DNA of 61,370 bases, counting the filler, from Circinaria calcarea (taxonomy: Eukaryota): NCBI GenBank assembly GCA_051942165.1. It is 4 parts of 4 records of this genome, joined end to end, with 100 filler letters (N's around TTAATTAATTAA, not from the genome) between each part and the next. Parts side by side here need not be neighbours in the genome. Positions count along the whole stretch, not along the records: positions 30,745 to 46,008 come from JAVECS010000377.1; positions 46,109 to 61,370 come from JAVECS010000378.1; 2 more parts are not named here. The stretch is one strand, 5' to 3'. Shown in pieces: positions 39,810-51,935 of this stretch; positions within the stretch are counted from its first letter, which is position 1; each line of letters opens with the position of its first letter. The notes beneath the pieces are model-generated. The model had not been told where the DNA came from, made no database searches, and saw only the letters and a list, made by a program, of their open reading frames with translations. A program made the translations under genes and the position numbers.

Positions 39810-40329
39810 TCTAAACAGCTTTATTTGTACTGCGCGTGAAATAAATATCAATACAATTATCATTGTCGCTCCGCAAATCAATACAGGAAAATTCCTAGGT
39901 TGTATTACTTGTTCAATTGATGTTTATTCTACAGATGCGGGCTGGGGAGAATTCCCGCCTAAGAACAGGGCGTCCAGTATTAGCTGGACCCTGTTATGCG
40001 CTTTCCTCGGCTATGGGGAAGGTGCGTTGTTTTTCGTGTACATTAGAGCGGGGCTTCCCCCAAGCAAATAGAAAATTTGACTACATGAATTTGGTGTAGA
40101 CAGGAGTACACGTTCAGATTTCACGCAGGCTGTTATTCGCCTGGAGCATACTATTCGTTTAGAACGTGGAAGATGCGCGGAAGAATGCTCGGTGCCATCG
40201 CTGAGATATGGAGCGAAAGGCCCGCCTAATTAGCGCTGTTTCCCGCGCTTGCTTCTCCACGCGCTCCAGTCATGACATTCGCTCTTTTTTCACTGCTATA
40301 ACTTTAATCGTACTGCGCCTTTGCCGATT

Positions 40330-42564
40330 ATGTTATGCGATATCTGTCAAGGGTTTAATGTACATGCCTTATTCTCTTTAGCGGCCTCCAGATGCGCGAC
40401 TGAGAAACCGAGATTGGCACGACATGGCGTGTTTCCTGAATTCCAAGGCTTTCCAGAATTCTACAAGCACCATCATGGCCTTACTGCTCTTCGGTCGAGT
40501 GCTAGAGGAGGCTGTCGGCTGTGTACCTTCATCTGGCAGTCTTGGGCTCAGACCATGCCAGCGGACGTCATCGACCGCGAGTGGATTGCTGCAGGCAAAG
40601 GCGAGGAGCAGATATATCTGGGTCTAAGCAAGTGGGCACCGGAAAGTCAGGGGATACCGTATTTGACCGTTCTGCAAAATACGCTACGAGGCATCCAACG
40701 TAGCTTGGGCATTTTTGAAGTCTTCGTTGAAAGAGGTACGCAGCTATATGTGCTATTGCTACCGAAATCCTTTTTGGCGTAGTTCCTGGGGAATGTAACT
40801 AATGGCAATGTCTATTAAGGGAATGTCCCTGTAGGGTTTGAGCATCTCCTCGCACGAGAAGTATTTCTGTCTTCTTCGTCGGATGCATGTCTATCTGTTG
40901 CCGCCGGATGGCTCAGTGATTGCTTGAGCAAGCATTCAATTTGTCGACGATTATACCAAGAGGACAAGCCTCTCCCGACACGGGTAATTAATGTCGGCTC
41001 GGCTGGTGAAACCGATGAACCTCGTTTAATTGTGACCAACGGCGCATATGGTTCTTGGGCAGCTTTAAGCTATTGCTGGGGTGGCGATTCTACTTTTATT
41101 CTGAAAAGCAGTAACCTAGAGGGTATGATGAGGAGCATCCCCATTGAAAGCTTCCCGACCACTTTACGCGATGCTGTGCGAGTTACACGCAGCTTAGGAA
41201 TACGCTACTTATGGATAGATGCACTGTGTATACTGCAAGACTCTCGAGAAGACTGGGCCGCAGAGGCATCCCGCATGGGGGATGTGTATAAAGGCGCGAA
41301 GGTCACGATCTCAGCAATTAGTTCCCCAGGAACTGGGTTTGGGATGCTCAAAAAACGTGAAGCTCCCTCATTATGTTGCCAGCTTGACTGGGACTCTACT
41401 CAAGATGGAAACCCCACCCCTGTATACTTGCGTTCCGGATCTCACTTGTGGGACGTGAACATGACATCAAGTCCTTTGAATACTCGTGGTTGGACACTTC
41501 AAGAAGCTCTTCTGTCCCCAAGGACTCTCTCTTACGGAGCGCAACAGATGATATGGGAATGCCAAGAGTGTCGTATCGACGAGGGAGGTAGACCTGTAGC
41601 GCCAGGCGACAAGTATAGAGAAAAAAAGTTTATACAAGATCTAATTGGTGCTAAACCCAATTATAGGAAGCAGGCTTTACTACGCAGACTGGCGGCTCTA
41701 TCCATGCCGAAACTGCTTAATCCAGTGAAACTCGAAATCCAAAAACCGTACGATCGATGGTTTGACATCATACTTGAGTACTCATCGAGGAGGCTCACCG
41801 TAGCGACCGACGTGTTACCAGCTCTTTCCGGTCTTGCAAGATCATTTCAGAACCCACTAGCCGATCGATACTGTGCTGGCCTTTGGGCAAATGATATTCT
41901 GAGAGGACTGATGTGGGTTCGGGAGCCTCATAAGTCCCTAGTTCCCAGTAGCATTGTTGAGCAGCCAAAGCCTCTTGATTATTATGTTCCGAGCTGGAGC
42001 TGGGCAAGTATTTCTGGTCGAAAGATCACGTTTTTCTACCCTCCGACAGACGGGTATTGCGTGATCGAGGAACAGGCTAAGGTGCTTGAGGTCATGGCAA
42101 CACCCAGCCTGAACGACCCTTTCGGGCAGACACGGGGTGGATACCTCGTGATCCAAGCTTCGTACTATGACATCCGAGACCCGCGCACCAAAATATATGA
42201 GGATGTCCCCAACGACAGCCCGATATTACAATCCAAGTTGTGCGATACATACACCGGTGTCCCCGCATTTCAAGTCGAATTTTGCCAGCAGCATTAAGAA
42301 CACAAAGGGCAGAAGTTTGGCGTGCTACTCATGGCAAAGTGTTTCACGGAACGAGGCATGGAAACCCGTAAAGGTTGGACGAAATTCCCCGACATAATCT
42401 TGCTGGTCGTAGAGACCACTGGTCGGCAGGAGGATGAGTACCGACGTGTCGGACTTTACAAATTGAGAGCCGGGGGCTTTTCGTGGGATGATATTACGGA
42501 GATGCCATTCTTCATTGAAATGAAGAGAATCAAGTGGAGGTCGAGGAATATTCGCTTGGTGTAG
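40330..42564 (+). pseudogene. HET-domain (heterokaryon incompatibility) protein with in-frame nonsense codon at 42295-42297
   Basis: MLCDIC, intron 40736-40819, LPTRVINVG, AALSYCWG, LGIRYLWIDALCILQD, MGDVY, PLNTRGWTLQE, PSWSWAS; the frame continues past TAA to YRRVG..IRLV*. Confidence 0.88.
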
Positions 42565-43715
42565 ATGTTTCTATTCGTGGATAAGAAGTAGTTTAAAAGA
42601 ACTACATCATATATTTTCTGCATATTAATCAATATGTTAATTATCCGAATATCAAGGCGTCTGATCGAATCGAATCGAAGTTTTTATATACTAATAAAAA
42701 AAGCTACTCCTTTATACTTGTGCTTTTCTATACCCCCTCAATACCTCTTTCCAAAGCAATCATGTTTCCCTCCCCAAGACGGAAAGCCAGGAAGCGACAA
42801 CCTTTCAATTCGGAGGTGTGTACAATAGATATACCTGGTTATTCACGAGCAATTTTATACCCTAAGTCTCAGTGGGGAGTTACCAAGCTTTCCGGGGGCA
42901 GGGGCCGGGGGTCGCCCGGGATTTTACTACCGACCCTGTATATAATAAAGAAAAGCGTACCAGTATTTCGCTATATACCGAAACCTAGAAATATCATAAA
43001 AGAGCAGCAGCGGCCCCCCTTTTCCCTTAGCAGCCAGCTTCTCAGGGGGGGTTTTTTTTAAAAAAAAAATAGAAAAAAACAGAAAAAGAGCGAGGGTGTC
43101 CTCCTACCTATCGCTTCGTCTTTTCTCTTCTTGGTCATTCATTTGATTACATGGGCAGGATGTTGGATGTTGAACGCGGATGCGGATGAAAATAGTGTGA
43201 TTTGGATTCTCAGAGGGGAATTGAAATACCAATCAGCAGGCAGCAGGCACATCTTACTCTACCCCTAACTTTACCATTCATCTTTTAGATCGAGGCAACT
43301 CAAGGTAGATAGATAGCTTGGGCACTAAACCACCAACTACTATTACACACCGCTAGCGACAAAGATCACAATCTGTAATTGCAGATATTGACTCGAAATT
43401 AATTGCATGAATGTAAAAGTACAAAGGCAGTCTCATCTATGGTAGTGACATTTGGAAAAAACGCATGGCATGTCACCAAATGTAATCAAGGACAGCCATG
43501 ATAGCCCCTTTCAGTCACCATCCAGTAAATTTCCCTCTCTGCTACTACCGAAATCCATCGACTTTGTCCTTGGAAAGGTTGAAGAGTACGTAAACCGATT
43601 GAGTGTGAGCTTTGTCGAAGACACAAGCCCTATGCAATGAACATACCCAACCCATATCTCAACTTGGCAAAATTCCTTGAATCGCGAATGCTGTAGCGAT
43701 AGACTTAAGGGTCGC

Positions 43716-45998
43716 CTAAGTCCCCGGAGGAGGAGGTGGAGGAGGTAGATCACTTGGAGGCGGCGGCGGAGGAGCATCACCTGGAGGTGGGGGTGGTGGA
43801 GGAGTCCCCGCGGATCCGTTTGGATTGTAGTGCTGGAACAATGCACCAAGACCGGGAGGAGCCCCAAGACCACCAGCCGTACCACCGAGACCAGGTGGAG
43901 CGCCCATACCTGGTTGAGCAGCATATCCGCCATTCGCATCTCCATAACCAGCGCCAGGATATCCGCCGTAGCCTCCATAACCTCCTGGTTGACCACCTGG
44001 TGGGGGTGGGGGAGCTTGCTGTTGCCAAGGCGCAGCGCCACCCGGAGGACCTGGGGGAGGAGCGCCATAACCGCCAGCCTGCTGCCCATAACCATAGCCA
44101 TCACCACCACGTCCACCAGCAGCCCAAGGAGGTGCAGATCCACCATCTTGGTTAGTATAATCATCGCGACGGCCATGGTCCTCGCCACCACGCTGCCACG
44201 GAGCTGCAGCGCCAGTTGGGCCACGTTGCCAAGGCTTCACATCGCGGTCACCATCACCATAAGCGTCTCCGTTTCCATTTTCATACCCGCCAGGTCCTGC
44301 TTCAATACGTTGTGGAGCTTCACCGTTAGGAGCAGGTGCACCACCAGACAATTCTTGCATGAGTTGCTGTAAAGTTGATTAACACTAGGTGACAATCAGT
44401 GATAAAACGACATACCTCGTATTCTCGATCTACTGCATCTCCACCACCAATACGTCCAGCCGGTGCACGACCAGGGATTGCACCTGGTGCGTCATTGCGC
44501 CAATTGGCTCCACGCTGCCTGTCGGGACAGTCTCTGGCCATGTGACCAGCGTTACCGCAGACACGACAGATGATGTTGGCAGTAAAGTTGCGCTGCTCCG
44601 GACAGTCATATTTGCGGTGACCGATTTGACCACCTGGTCCTATTAGTGCGCTGAAATACAATGCAAGTCTAGATTACTTACAGTTCTGACAGGCTTGATT
44701 CTCGTCATCACGTAGAGTACCGTTAAGTGCTGCAAGCTCTCGGAGTTGATTTCGCTTGAGTTCGTTCTGTCCTTCAGGGATGGAGGCAGCCTGTGACATG
44801 TTACAACGACATCCCATAACATAATACCTCAGATCTTTTGAGCTGAGGATGGGTGTGGGCTTAAATACCGTTTCGATGACATTATGAATTAGCTTCTTTG
44901 CCTTGTTAACCTTCTCTTCGGTGTCGGCCATAATTAGGCAGTGCAAGTCTTCTTCCTGGTTGCTGGTGTGAGCTGCGTCAGAACGGCCTTTTCCTTCTTT
45001 TACGGATCCTTTGCCACGGATAGCAATCTTCGCCTGTGATTCAGTCTCCATTTTTTTCAATGTGTTGCCTCGAGGTCCGATAAGTAAGCCAACTTTAGTA
45101 CAGCAACGCGAGCTATGTGTTAGTCTATGTATGTCAATTTGTAAAGCAATGTGTGTATAGGATCAGTCTGGGTTAGTGGTAAGACATGCTGCATCCTCCG
45201 AAGGATGCCGCATGCATCACCAAAAGGGAAAGAGAGTGCAAAGAAAAGATTAGGAGTTAGAGGGTTAGTTATCATACTGAAGTTAATCTCTGGGTAATCA
45301 TTGACCGGCACATAGACTTTCTCCTGTGTCTTAGTAGGACGCCTATAGTCTGAAGGCGGGTGATAGTTAGGTATGACCTTCATGGCCTTTTCAATTTGCT
45401 TGTGGCGTTCATCTTCAAGACGCTTGCGGTAGCGGTATTCGCGAGTGTTGACACGTCGCCCAAAGTTATCATACTGGGGTGGTGGAGATGGAGACCTGTT
45501 AACAGGGTTTGATTAGATTACAGCTGCAAGGAAATGGAAGATGGCAGGAATTGCTCACCTATCTCCGTCCGCAGGGACAACGTCGTTGATTCTCAGTTTC
45601 TCGCTAATTTCTTGGATCCGGAGGTGCAAAGTGTAGGCCTCCAGCTGCTCAGTGGTCATGTTTGCTTTGATCATGGTAGTCAATCCCATCAGACCAGCTG
45701 CCTTATTCTCCGAGGCATCACCCCACCGATTTCTCTTCTTGCGTCTCCTCTCACCAGCCTCAACAGGCTCGACTGTAGGAAGATTAGCCTGAGTTATGGA
45801 ATGGGCATGCGAAGAACAACGTTTCATCTCTGGACTGCGCCCACGCTTGTAGCTGGAGTCGGATAGGCCCGTTGAGGGTTGAGCAGGATTGTAGCCTCCA
45901 TCATCGACTGGACCGGTGGAGTCGCTACCCCCGAACCTACGACGGTTTCCAAGAGGGATGTTGTTCGAACCTGTGATACCTTGACTACGCCACGCCAT
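43716..45998 (-). CDS. MSL5: Branchpoint-bridging protein BBP/SF1 (KH-QUA2, zinc knuckles, Pro-rich tail)
   Basis: [88 protein letters not shown]. Confidence 0.97.
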
Positions 45999-46008
45999 GC
46001 TGTGGACA

Positions 46009-46108
46009 NNNNNNNNNNNNNNNNNNNNNNNNNNNNNNNNNNNNNNNNNNNNTTAATTAATTAANNNNNNNNNNNNNNNNNNNNNNNNNNNNNNNNNNNN
46101 NNNNNNNN
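46009..46108. other. Artificial contig-joining spacer
   Basis: N44-TTAATTAATTAA-N44. Confidence 0.98.
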
Positions 46109-46352
46109 CAGATATTATATATATTAAGAACTGAATTTGGGTTTTAATATTTATTATAATTTAAATATAAAGATGAAATCCCCACACGTAGCGGAAATTA
46201 AATATATTATGGGTCACGTGATCTCGGTTTATCCCGGCCCGCGGAGCGGGCTACTATTTTATTAAATCCGTGATAATATAAATTTATTAATTTATATTCG
46301 TAAAATATTAATATTATTTATAAAGGATTTTTACATATTTTTATTATTAAGG
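46109..46352. repeat. Very AT-rich, RIP-like degenerate repeat at contig edge
   Basis: Dense TpA runs with few CpA/TpG but retained CpG patches (CCCGGCCCGCGGAGCGGG); judged by eye. Confidence 0.55.
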
Positions 46353-46571
46353 CCTGGGAGCAGTGGGAGTACCCGGCTTCTTATTCCTCCGTTCCGGCCT
46401 TTAATTAGTCAGGGTATGGCATGGCGCCATAAGACGTAGTTGGTTTGTATTTGGGAAACCAGAATTTTATTAGATAGATTTGTCCTCAGTAGCACTGCAG
46501 CTATGATTTTAAATCTCTGAAAATGATCATCAATTGATGAACTGCAATCCTATATTTCCGCTGTCTCGTTC

Positions 46572-48906
46572 ATGCTGCCAATAGCCCCGTCCTCTGGTGA
46601 CGCTTCAGTCAGTCAAGGCAACAATGGCTTGTTCCATCTGCGGAAAAACCAGTCTCTATTATCAAGGCCCGGACTTCGGCGATCGATCTCATCTCTTAAC
46701 GATACTTCACAGTCTCACGCCTCTTCTGCCGAGTCCCCAAGAAAAGGCAGCGGTGAAAGTACTCCCAGTCAGGATGCCATAGCTCCTCTTCCGCTAGACG
46801 CTCGCAACGAAACCGATGATCCCAGAGAGATAATCCTCCAGTCCTTTTTGCCCACGGTCGCGGTTTATGCCTCTGCTGATACCGAGGAGTTAATACGCCT
46901 CAAGGGTGTCTACGGAGGGCTATGCGGTCTACTGAAACCTTTTGGTGAAAGGATCCAAGGAAAAGTGGTGATACGGGATAGTGTAGGTGCCAGTAGGAGC
47001 TGGGAAAATTTTGGTATTCATTTCGTCGAGTTCGGGCCAAAGTCTCGTGCTTTGGTGTTGGATCGGCAACTTGGAGAAAAGGGTGATGAGAGTGAATTCT
47101 TCAGTTCTCAGCCATTATCAGCTTCGATCCGTCCTATACATCTGGACAGTCAGTCTCAGCACAACAGCACTCCCATCGACGAGATTGTTAGGCGTCATCT
47201 TTTTATTGATGGTCAGACTTCGCAAGGCAAAGATAGCAAATTGGACCTAAATGCGCGGCTTGGGTCCGACACACGTGCCCCGGTCCCCCCGTACTATGCT
47301 CACTATCTCCGTAAACTCCTCGCCAACAGGCCCATGGTTGCTCATGAGACGTTGTCACACCCCGTCGCTTGTATTATTGCGATTAGCTCTCAGAGCTCCT
47401 CGCCCATCGAGACCCTCCGCGAACTATACGGCGATACTCGTCAAGGCGAGAAGAGAGTACCAGCTTGGGCAGGAAATGAATACTTACGGTACTATATCCT
47501 AGTACACGATGAAGAACAAGATGACATAGCGAAATCTACTGCGCTTTTTGAACAGATGAAAAAACACTTTGGATTGCATTGCCATCTTCTACGTCTTAAA
47601 AGTAGCGAATGCGGCCCCGATAGACATGACGGTATAGAACTTCCTCTCAGTTCCTGGCCCTCGGCAGAGGATGAGTTTCGTGAAGTACGCCAGAAAGGTA
47701 AGCGGGACTCTTAAGATCTCCGCAACGCCAGCTAACATCAGCATAGATGGTGACTTCGGACTCGATGATCTGCAGCCACATATTTTCGAATCCGACGCAG
47801 CTGCAATCAGAACTTTCATTCGTGAAATGGCGACCCAATCAGTTGTGCCGTTCATGGAAGGTCGCGTGACTGCATGGAATGATCAAGTGGCTTCACGGCG
47901 ACGTGGAATCAGTGGGCGGTTTATGTCTCTTTCGAAGAGATGGACCGGATTTGGCACCTCACGAGGCATAAAATCATCGTCGGCCAATTCAGTAGGATCC
48001 AGCGGGTGTAATTATGATTCTGCTCAGGGTTTTTACGCTCCGGATTCGCCTGAGGCTACGATGCACCGGCTCGCGGATTATGCTTTTATGCTACGAGATT
48101 GGAAGTTAGCGAGTAGTATCTACGAGATCTTGCGTACAGATTTCGGCGACGACAAAGTCTGGAGATATCACGCTGCTGCGAGTGAAATGGCAGCGATAAG
48201 TCTCCTTTTTTCGGCACCAATTACGGGTCTAAGGTCCACGATTGAAGCCGTTGATCAGATGCTTGATGCAGCATCCTACTCGTACATTACCCGTTGTGCC
48301 AATCCCCCAGCTGCAGTGCGTTGTCTTGTGCTAGCCGTCGAACTCCTAAGAAGCCGTGGGGGAACAGCTGCTGAGGATGCAGCGAAATGGGCAGCCCGAC
48401 TACTTGAGTTAAGGATCTTGAGCCCTCTGGCTCAGGTTTTGGTAGCCGAACGTTTAGCTGTCTGCTGTGCATCACGATTAGGAATCGGTCGGTTGCTTTG
48501 GGGTTCTAGACATCGGAAAGCAGCATTTTGGAGCCTGCTAGCTTCAGAGCTATGGCTTTCCTCGAATAACATCGTAAACGCCAAGGCACGGTTTCAAGAT
48601 GCCAGCGCGTTGTATGGAATACCTATAGAGCGGGATAAACTCCCATCATTCTCTGGTATGCATGATGTTTGGCAACGCTTCGGTGAAAGCGTGGACAATC
48701 AGAATGACCCACCTCTCATGGACGCTTCGATTGTCAATACAAATGGCATTGTTGACGAGGAGAGCGAGCAATTTGGAACTGATGATTGTTTCCGAAACAC
48801 GGCTCGCCCAATGGCCTTGGGCAGTTCCGGTCCACCACCGAGTGGTATCTATTCGATGGCCCAGCAAAGAAAGGACCTTGGATATTCTAACGATGGGTTT
48901 TCGTAA
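46572..48906 (+). CDS. TRS85: TRAPPIII subunit Trs85/TRAPPC8
   Basis: HETLSHPVACIIAISS, LRYYILVHDE, MKKHFGLHCHLLRL, intron 47698-47747, FIREMATQSVVPFME, RLADYAFMLRDWK, RHRKAAFW. Confidence 0.93.
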
Positions 48907-49763
48907 AAGCTAATTTGAACCAGCCTTCAGAGAAAAAGACGACCTGGTAGATTGTGTTTGCCGTGACGGGGCCTGAGCTTCTCTAAGCAAGATCTTTCTT
49001 CATATCTGAAGTATAGGCCCAAAGGCAATCCGATGCTCGGCTCAGCACTTATTCTCTCAGCTTGCCGGCACTTGGAAACTCACAGATCCGATCAGTGTGC
49101 GGTATGTGGGATGTGCTGCGCGTCAAATCAACTCTACACAGAGATGGCATTTGTGAGTCGGACTGATTCTATGTAAGTTCACACCTTCCATCATGATATG
49201 TACTAGCTTCTAACTTCGATTGATAGTACTATGAGCAACGGAATCTAATGGAAAGATGAAGATAGAATATGCTCAATCAACGGGTATGAAAATTGGTCGA
49301 GGGCTCGATAGTAGTTATGCGGTGACTTACAAGGTCTTGTGTTTATTCGCCATCAAGTTATCATTGGGACATGTACCTGGATGTCTCCACCGACATCCAC
49401 CTAAAATCCGGCTTTAAGGGAATTCAGATATGAGCTATCCCAGTGATCTACCTGAAAAGTTGACTAATCTCTGACCTTGGTGATCAATGTTTCCATCAGG
49501 TACAAGAAAGGAGGCTTGGGCTTATTGGTATCTGAAAGACCAAGTTTTCTGCAAACAGGTAGCTTCACTATTTTGGGTGCCTTTATGTATGCTGTAGACA
49601 AATGAGCTCGCTCCAAGACCATTAATTACAGATTTGATGATGGTCACTTGAACAAGTCAATATGCACCCCATCGTAAGACTTTCCTTGTAATTTGGTCTC
49701 CTTTGAGCGAGATTGCCGCTATACTGCTCCATACTCCAGCTCGTTCGTGCGCAACACTGCAGC

Positions 49764-51416
49764 ATGGCTGATCTTTTTACTTACTTACAGCGGAACGAAG
49801 AACAGTTCAGAAAGTCGGTCAAATATATGGCATAATCTAATCTGCTCCGTTAAGCTAACTCCAAGTGCCGCAGAGCGCGTGTAGCCTCATTGTATTCGGA
49901 TTTTCGGCTTCTGCGCATTACCAATCCGGATGGCTATGCCGCCAACATCGCAGCGTGGGAGACGGCGCTCGCGCATGCCGTCGAGGCAGGAAGAGTACCT
50001 GGGGGCCATGACATACTCTCTCTGGGGACCGGGCCCGAGCTGTTGCGCGCTCTTGAAACAAAGGAATGGGGACGGCCGCTTGCGCTGGGAGCTGTCATTG
50101 TAGGTGGCAGGCAATAATGCGCCGGTCTATCTCTTGGGTGGTGTTGACGTGCTGCAAGTAGGACGAAGCAATCGCTCAAGGCCACATGGTGCCTCTGGAA
50201 ACCTTCCTCCGGTCTCCGAAGAGCATCTACGAGCGAAGTTGGACGATAAACCCTTTCTCGTTGCTTTCTTGGGGTTTGCAGCAACTTGGACTAGCCAAAG
50301 CAAGATCCGAACACGACAGCTTGCGAGTTGGCCAATTCGTGATAATCAGGAATCTCGAGGTTGGACTATCCTGGGCAGGATACATGTACAAGTTCACTGA
50401 CTGAGGGGTCAGGCAGCCAGCCGTAATGTCTTGGATTCTTTGGAGTCTCGAGAGCGTCGAGCCGACAGAATTTTTCCTTTGAAAATGTTCAGAAAGCTGG
50501 CCACTGAGTCCCTAGGTCTAGCTACAGGTTTGACCAATAGGGATCTTAGCATATTGCTCGTACACCTAAGCCGTGATAAGAAACAGATAGCATACAACGC
50601 TCAGGTCAGCTACTTTGGTTCAAAGTCCGCCAGGTCCTCGTCGAAATGATGCTGACATCTCTCTAGGTTGTAAAGTTCAGAAGTGCTCGAGACGAAAACC
50701 TTTCTATCTCCACCATTGACACTTCTATAGCCTCTCTTAAGTCACTTATAATGGACCTGAACTTGCAGGTGGATTCCCTTTCTACCAAAGTCGACGACTT
50801 TTCGGGAAAGGCCCGTATTGCAGTAGCGCAGAAGAATCGTGTGTCCGCATTAAGTAATCTACGATCGAGAAGGTTGCACGAAGGCTTGTTAGAAAGCAGA
50901 TCCGCTACACTTTCACAGCTTGAGGATCTCTATGTCAAAATCGAAGAAGCTGCGGACCAGGTCGAGACTGTTCGGGTGATGCAGGAGAGCTCAAAGGCCC
51001 TTCGGGGAATCTACGCCGAGCTTGGTGGTCTCGACACAGTAGAAGATGTCATTGAGGGGTTGAGAAATGAAATGATCAAAGTCGACGAAATCAACAGCAT
51101 TATTGGCCAAGCGGAACAAAACAGTACCTTGATGGATGAGGATGCAATTGACGACGAGCTTGTGACTCTCGAAAAGGAGCAAAGCGTGAGATTCGAACAA
51201 CAAGAAGCTCTGAAAGTCAAGGAAAGGCTTGAAGCCATTCGCACTTCGACTTCTTCGGAAAGACTATATGGACCGGACCATGATACACTTTCACTCCGTG
51301 AGAAGCCAGACCGAGAAACACAACGGCCAGAATTAGAAGTCAATCTGGAAGTGTCGGATGAGAGCACAGTTGGTCTCGACAAAACTCCCCACAATCAAAT
51401 CAGAGTAGCTGAGTAA
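49764..51416 (+). CDS. CHM7: CHMP7/Chm7 ESCRT-II/III hybrid (winged-helix + Snf7)
   Basis: F(R/K)..RVASLYSDF..NPDGYAANIAAW, WGRPLALGAVI, C-terminal Snf7 coiled coil (ALSNLRSRRL..IEEAADQVETVRVM..IDDEL); 4 introns. Confidence 0.88.
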
Positions 51417-51935
51417 TCAGGGAACGAGGAGCTTCTAACACAAAAAGACGTAAACCAGGTTCGTCTTTTGTCTTGTTCTGATACCAAAGTCAAGAGAAGA
51501 AAGATACGTTGCTGTTATCTTCCCAAGAAGAAACCAGAGATGTGGTACTCGCGAGCAAGCTAGCATACAGCATATCCATATTCCACCTGCATGACGCACC
51601 GTGCGCCCGAAGCACACAATGTGCAAGTGGTGTGGAGGAGCTTGTCCTGAATGCTAGTTCACTCGCCGAGCCATGCGAGGTTCTCCCCCTAATCATAAAT
51701 AACGTCCCATTTAATGCAAAACTACACGTATAGAGCAGTGTCATCACCTAACAATTTCCGAGACTTTCAACATCGCGTCCGTGGCTTGATTTTAAGGTAT
51801 ACTTGTTGAATTAGTCTGAGGCCTTCAGGCCTCTCCATGATGGTCCTTGGGGTCAAGAGATTGCATGTCTTACAGACCACCCTTCCTACCGTTGAAAAGG
51901 AAGCGCATCGCAACCCGCAGCCCAAAGCCTTGCAT

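Noticed and set aside
43511..44372. Several long overlapping and antisense ORFs over the MSL5 3' exon (also over BCAS3-like and POB3)
   Set aside because: Shadows of GC-rich Gly/Pro or acidic coding sequence, with no recognisable motifs
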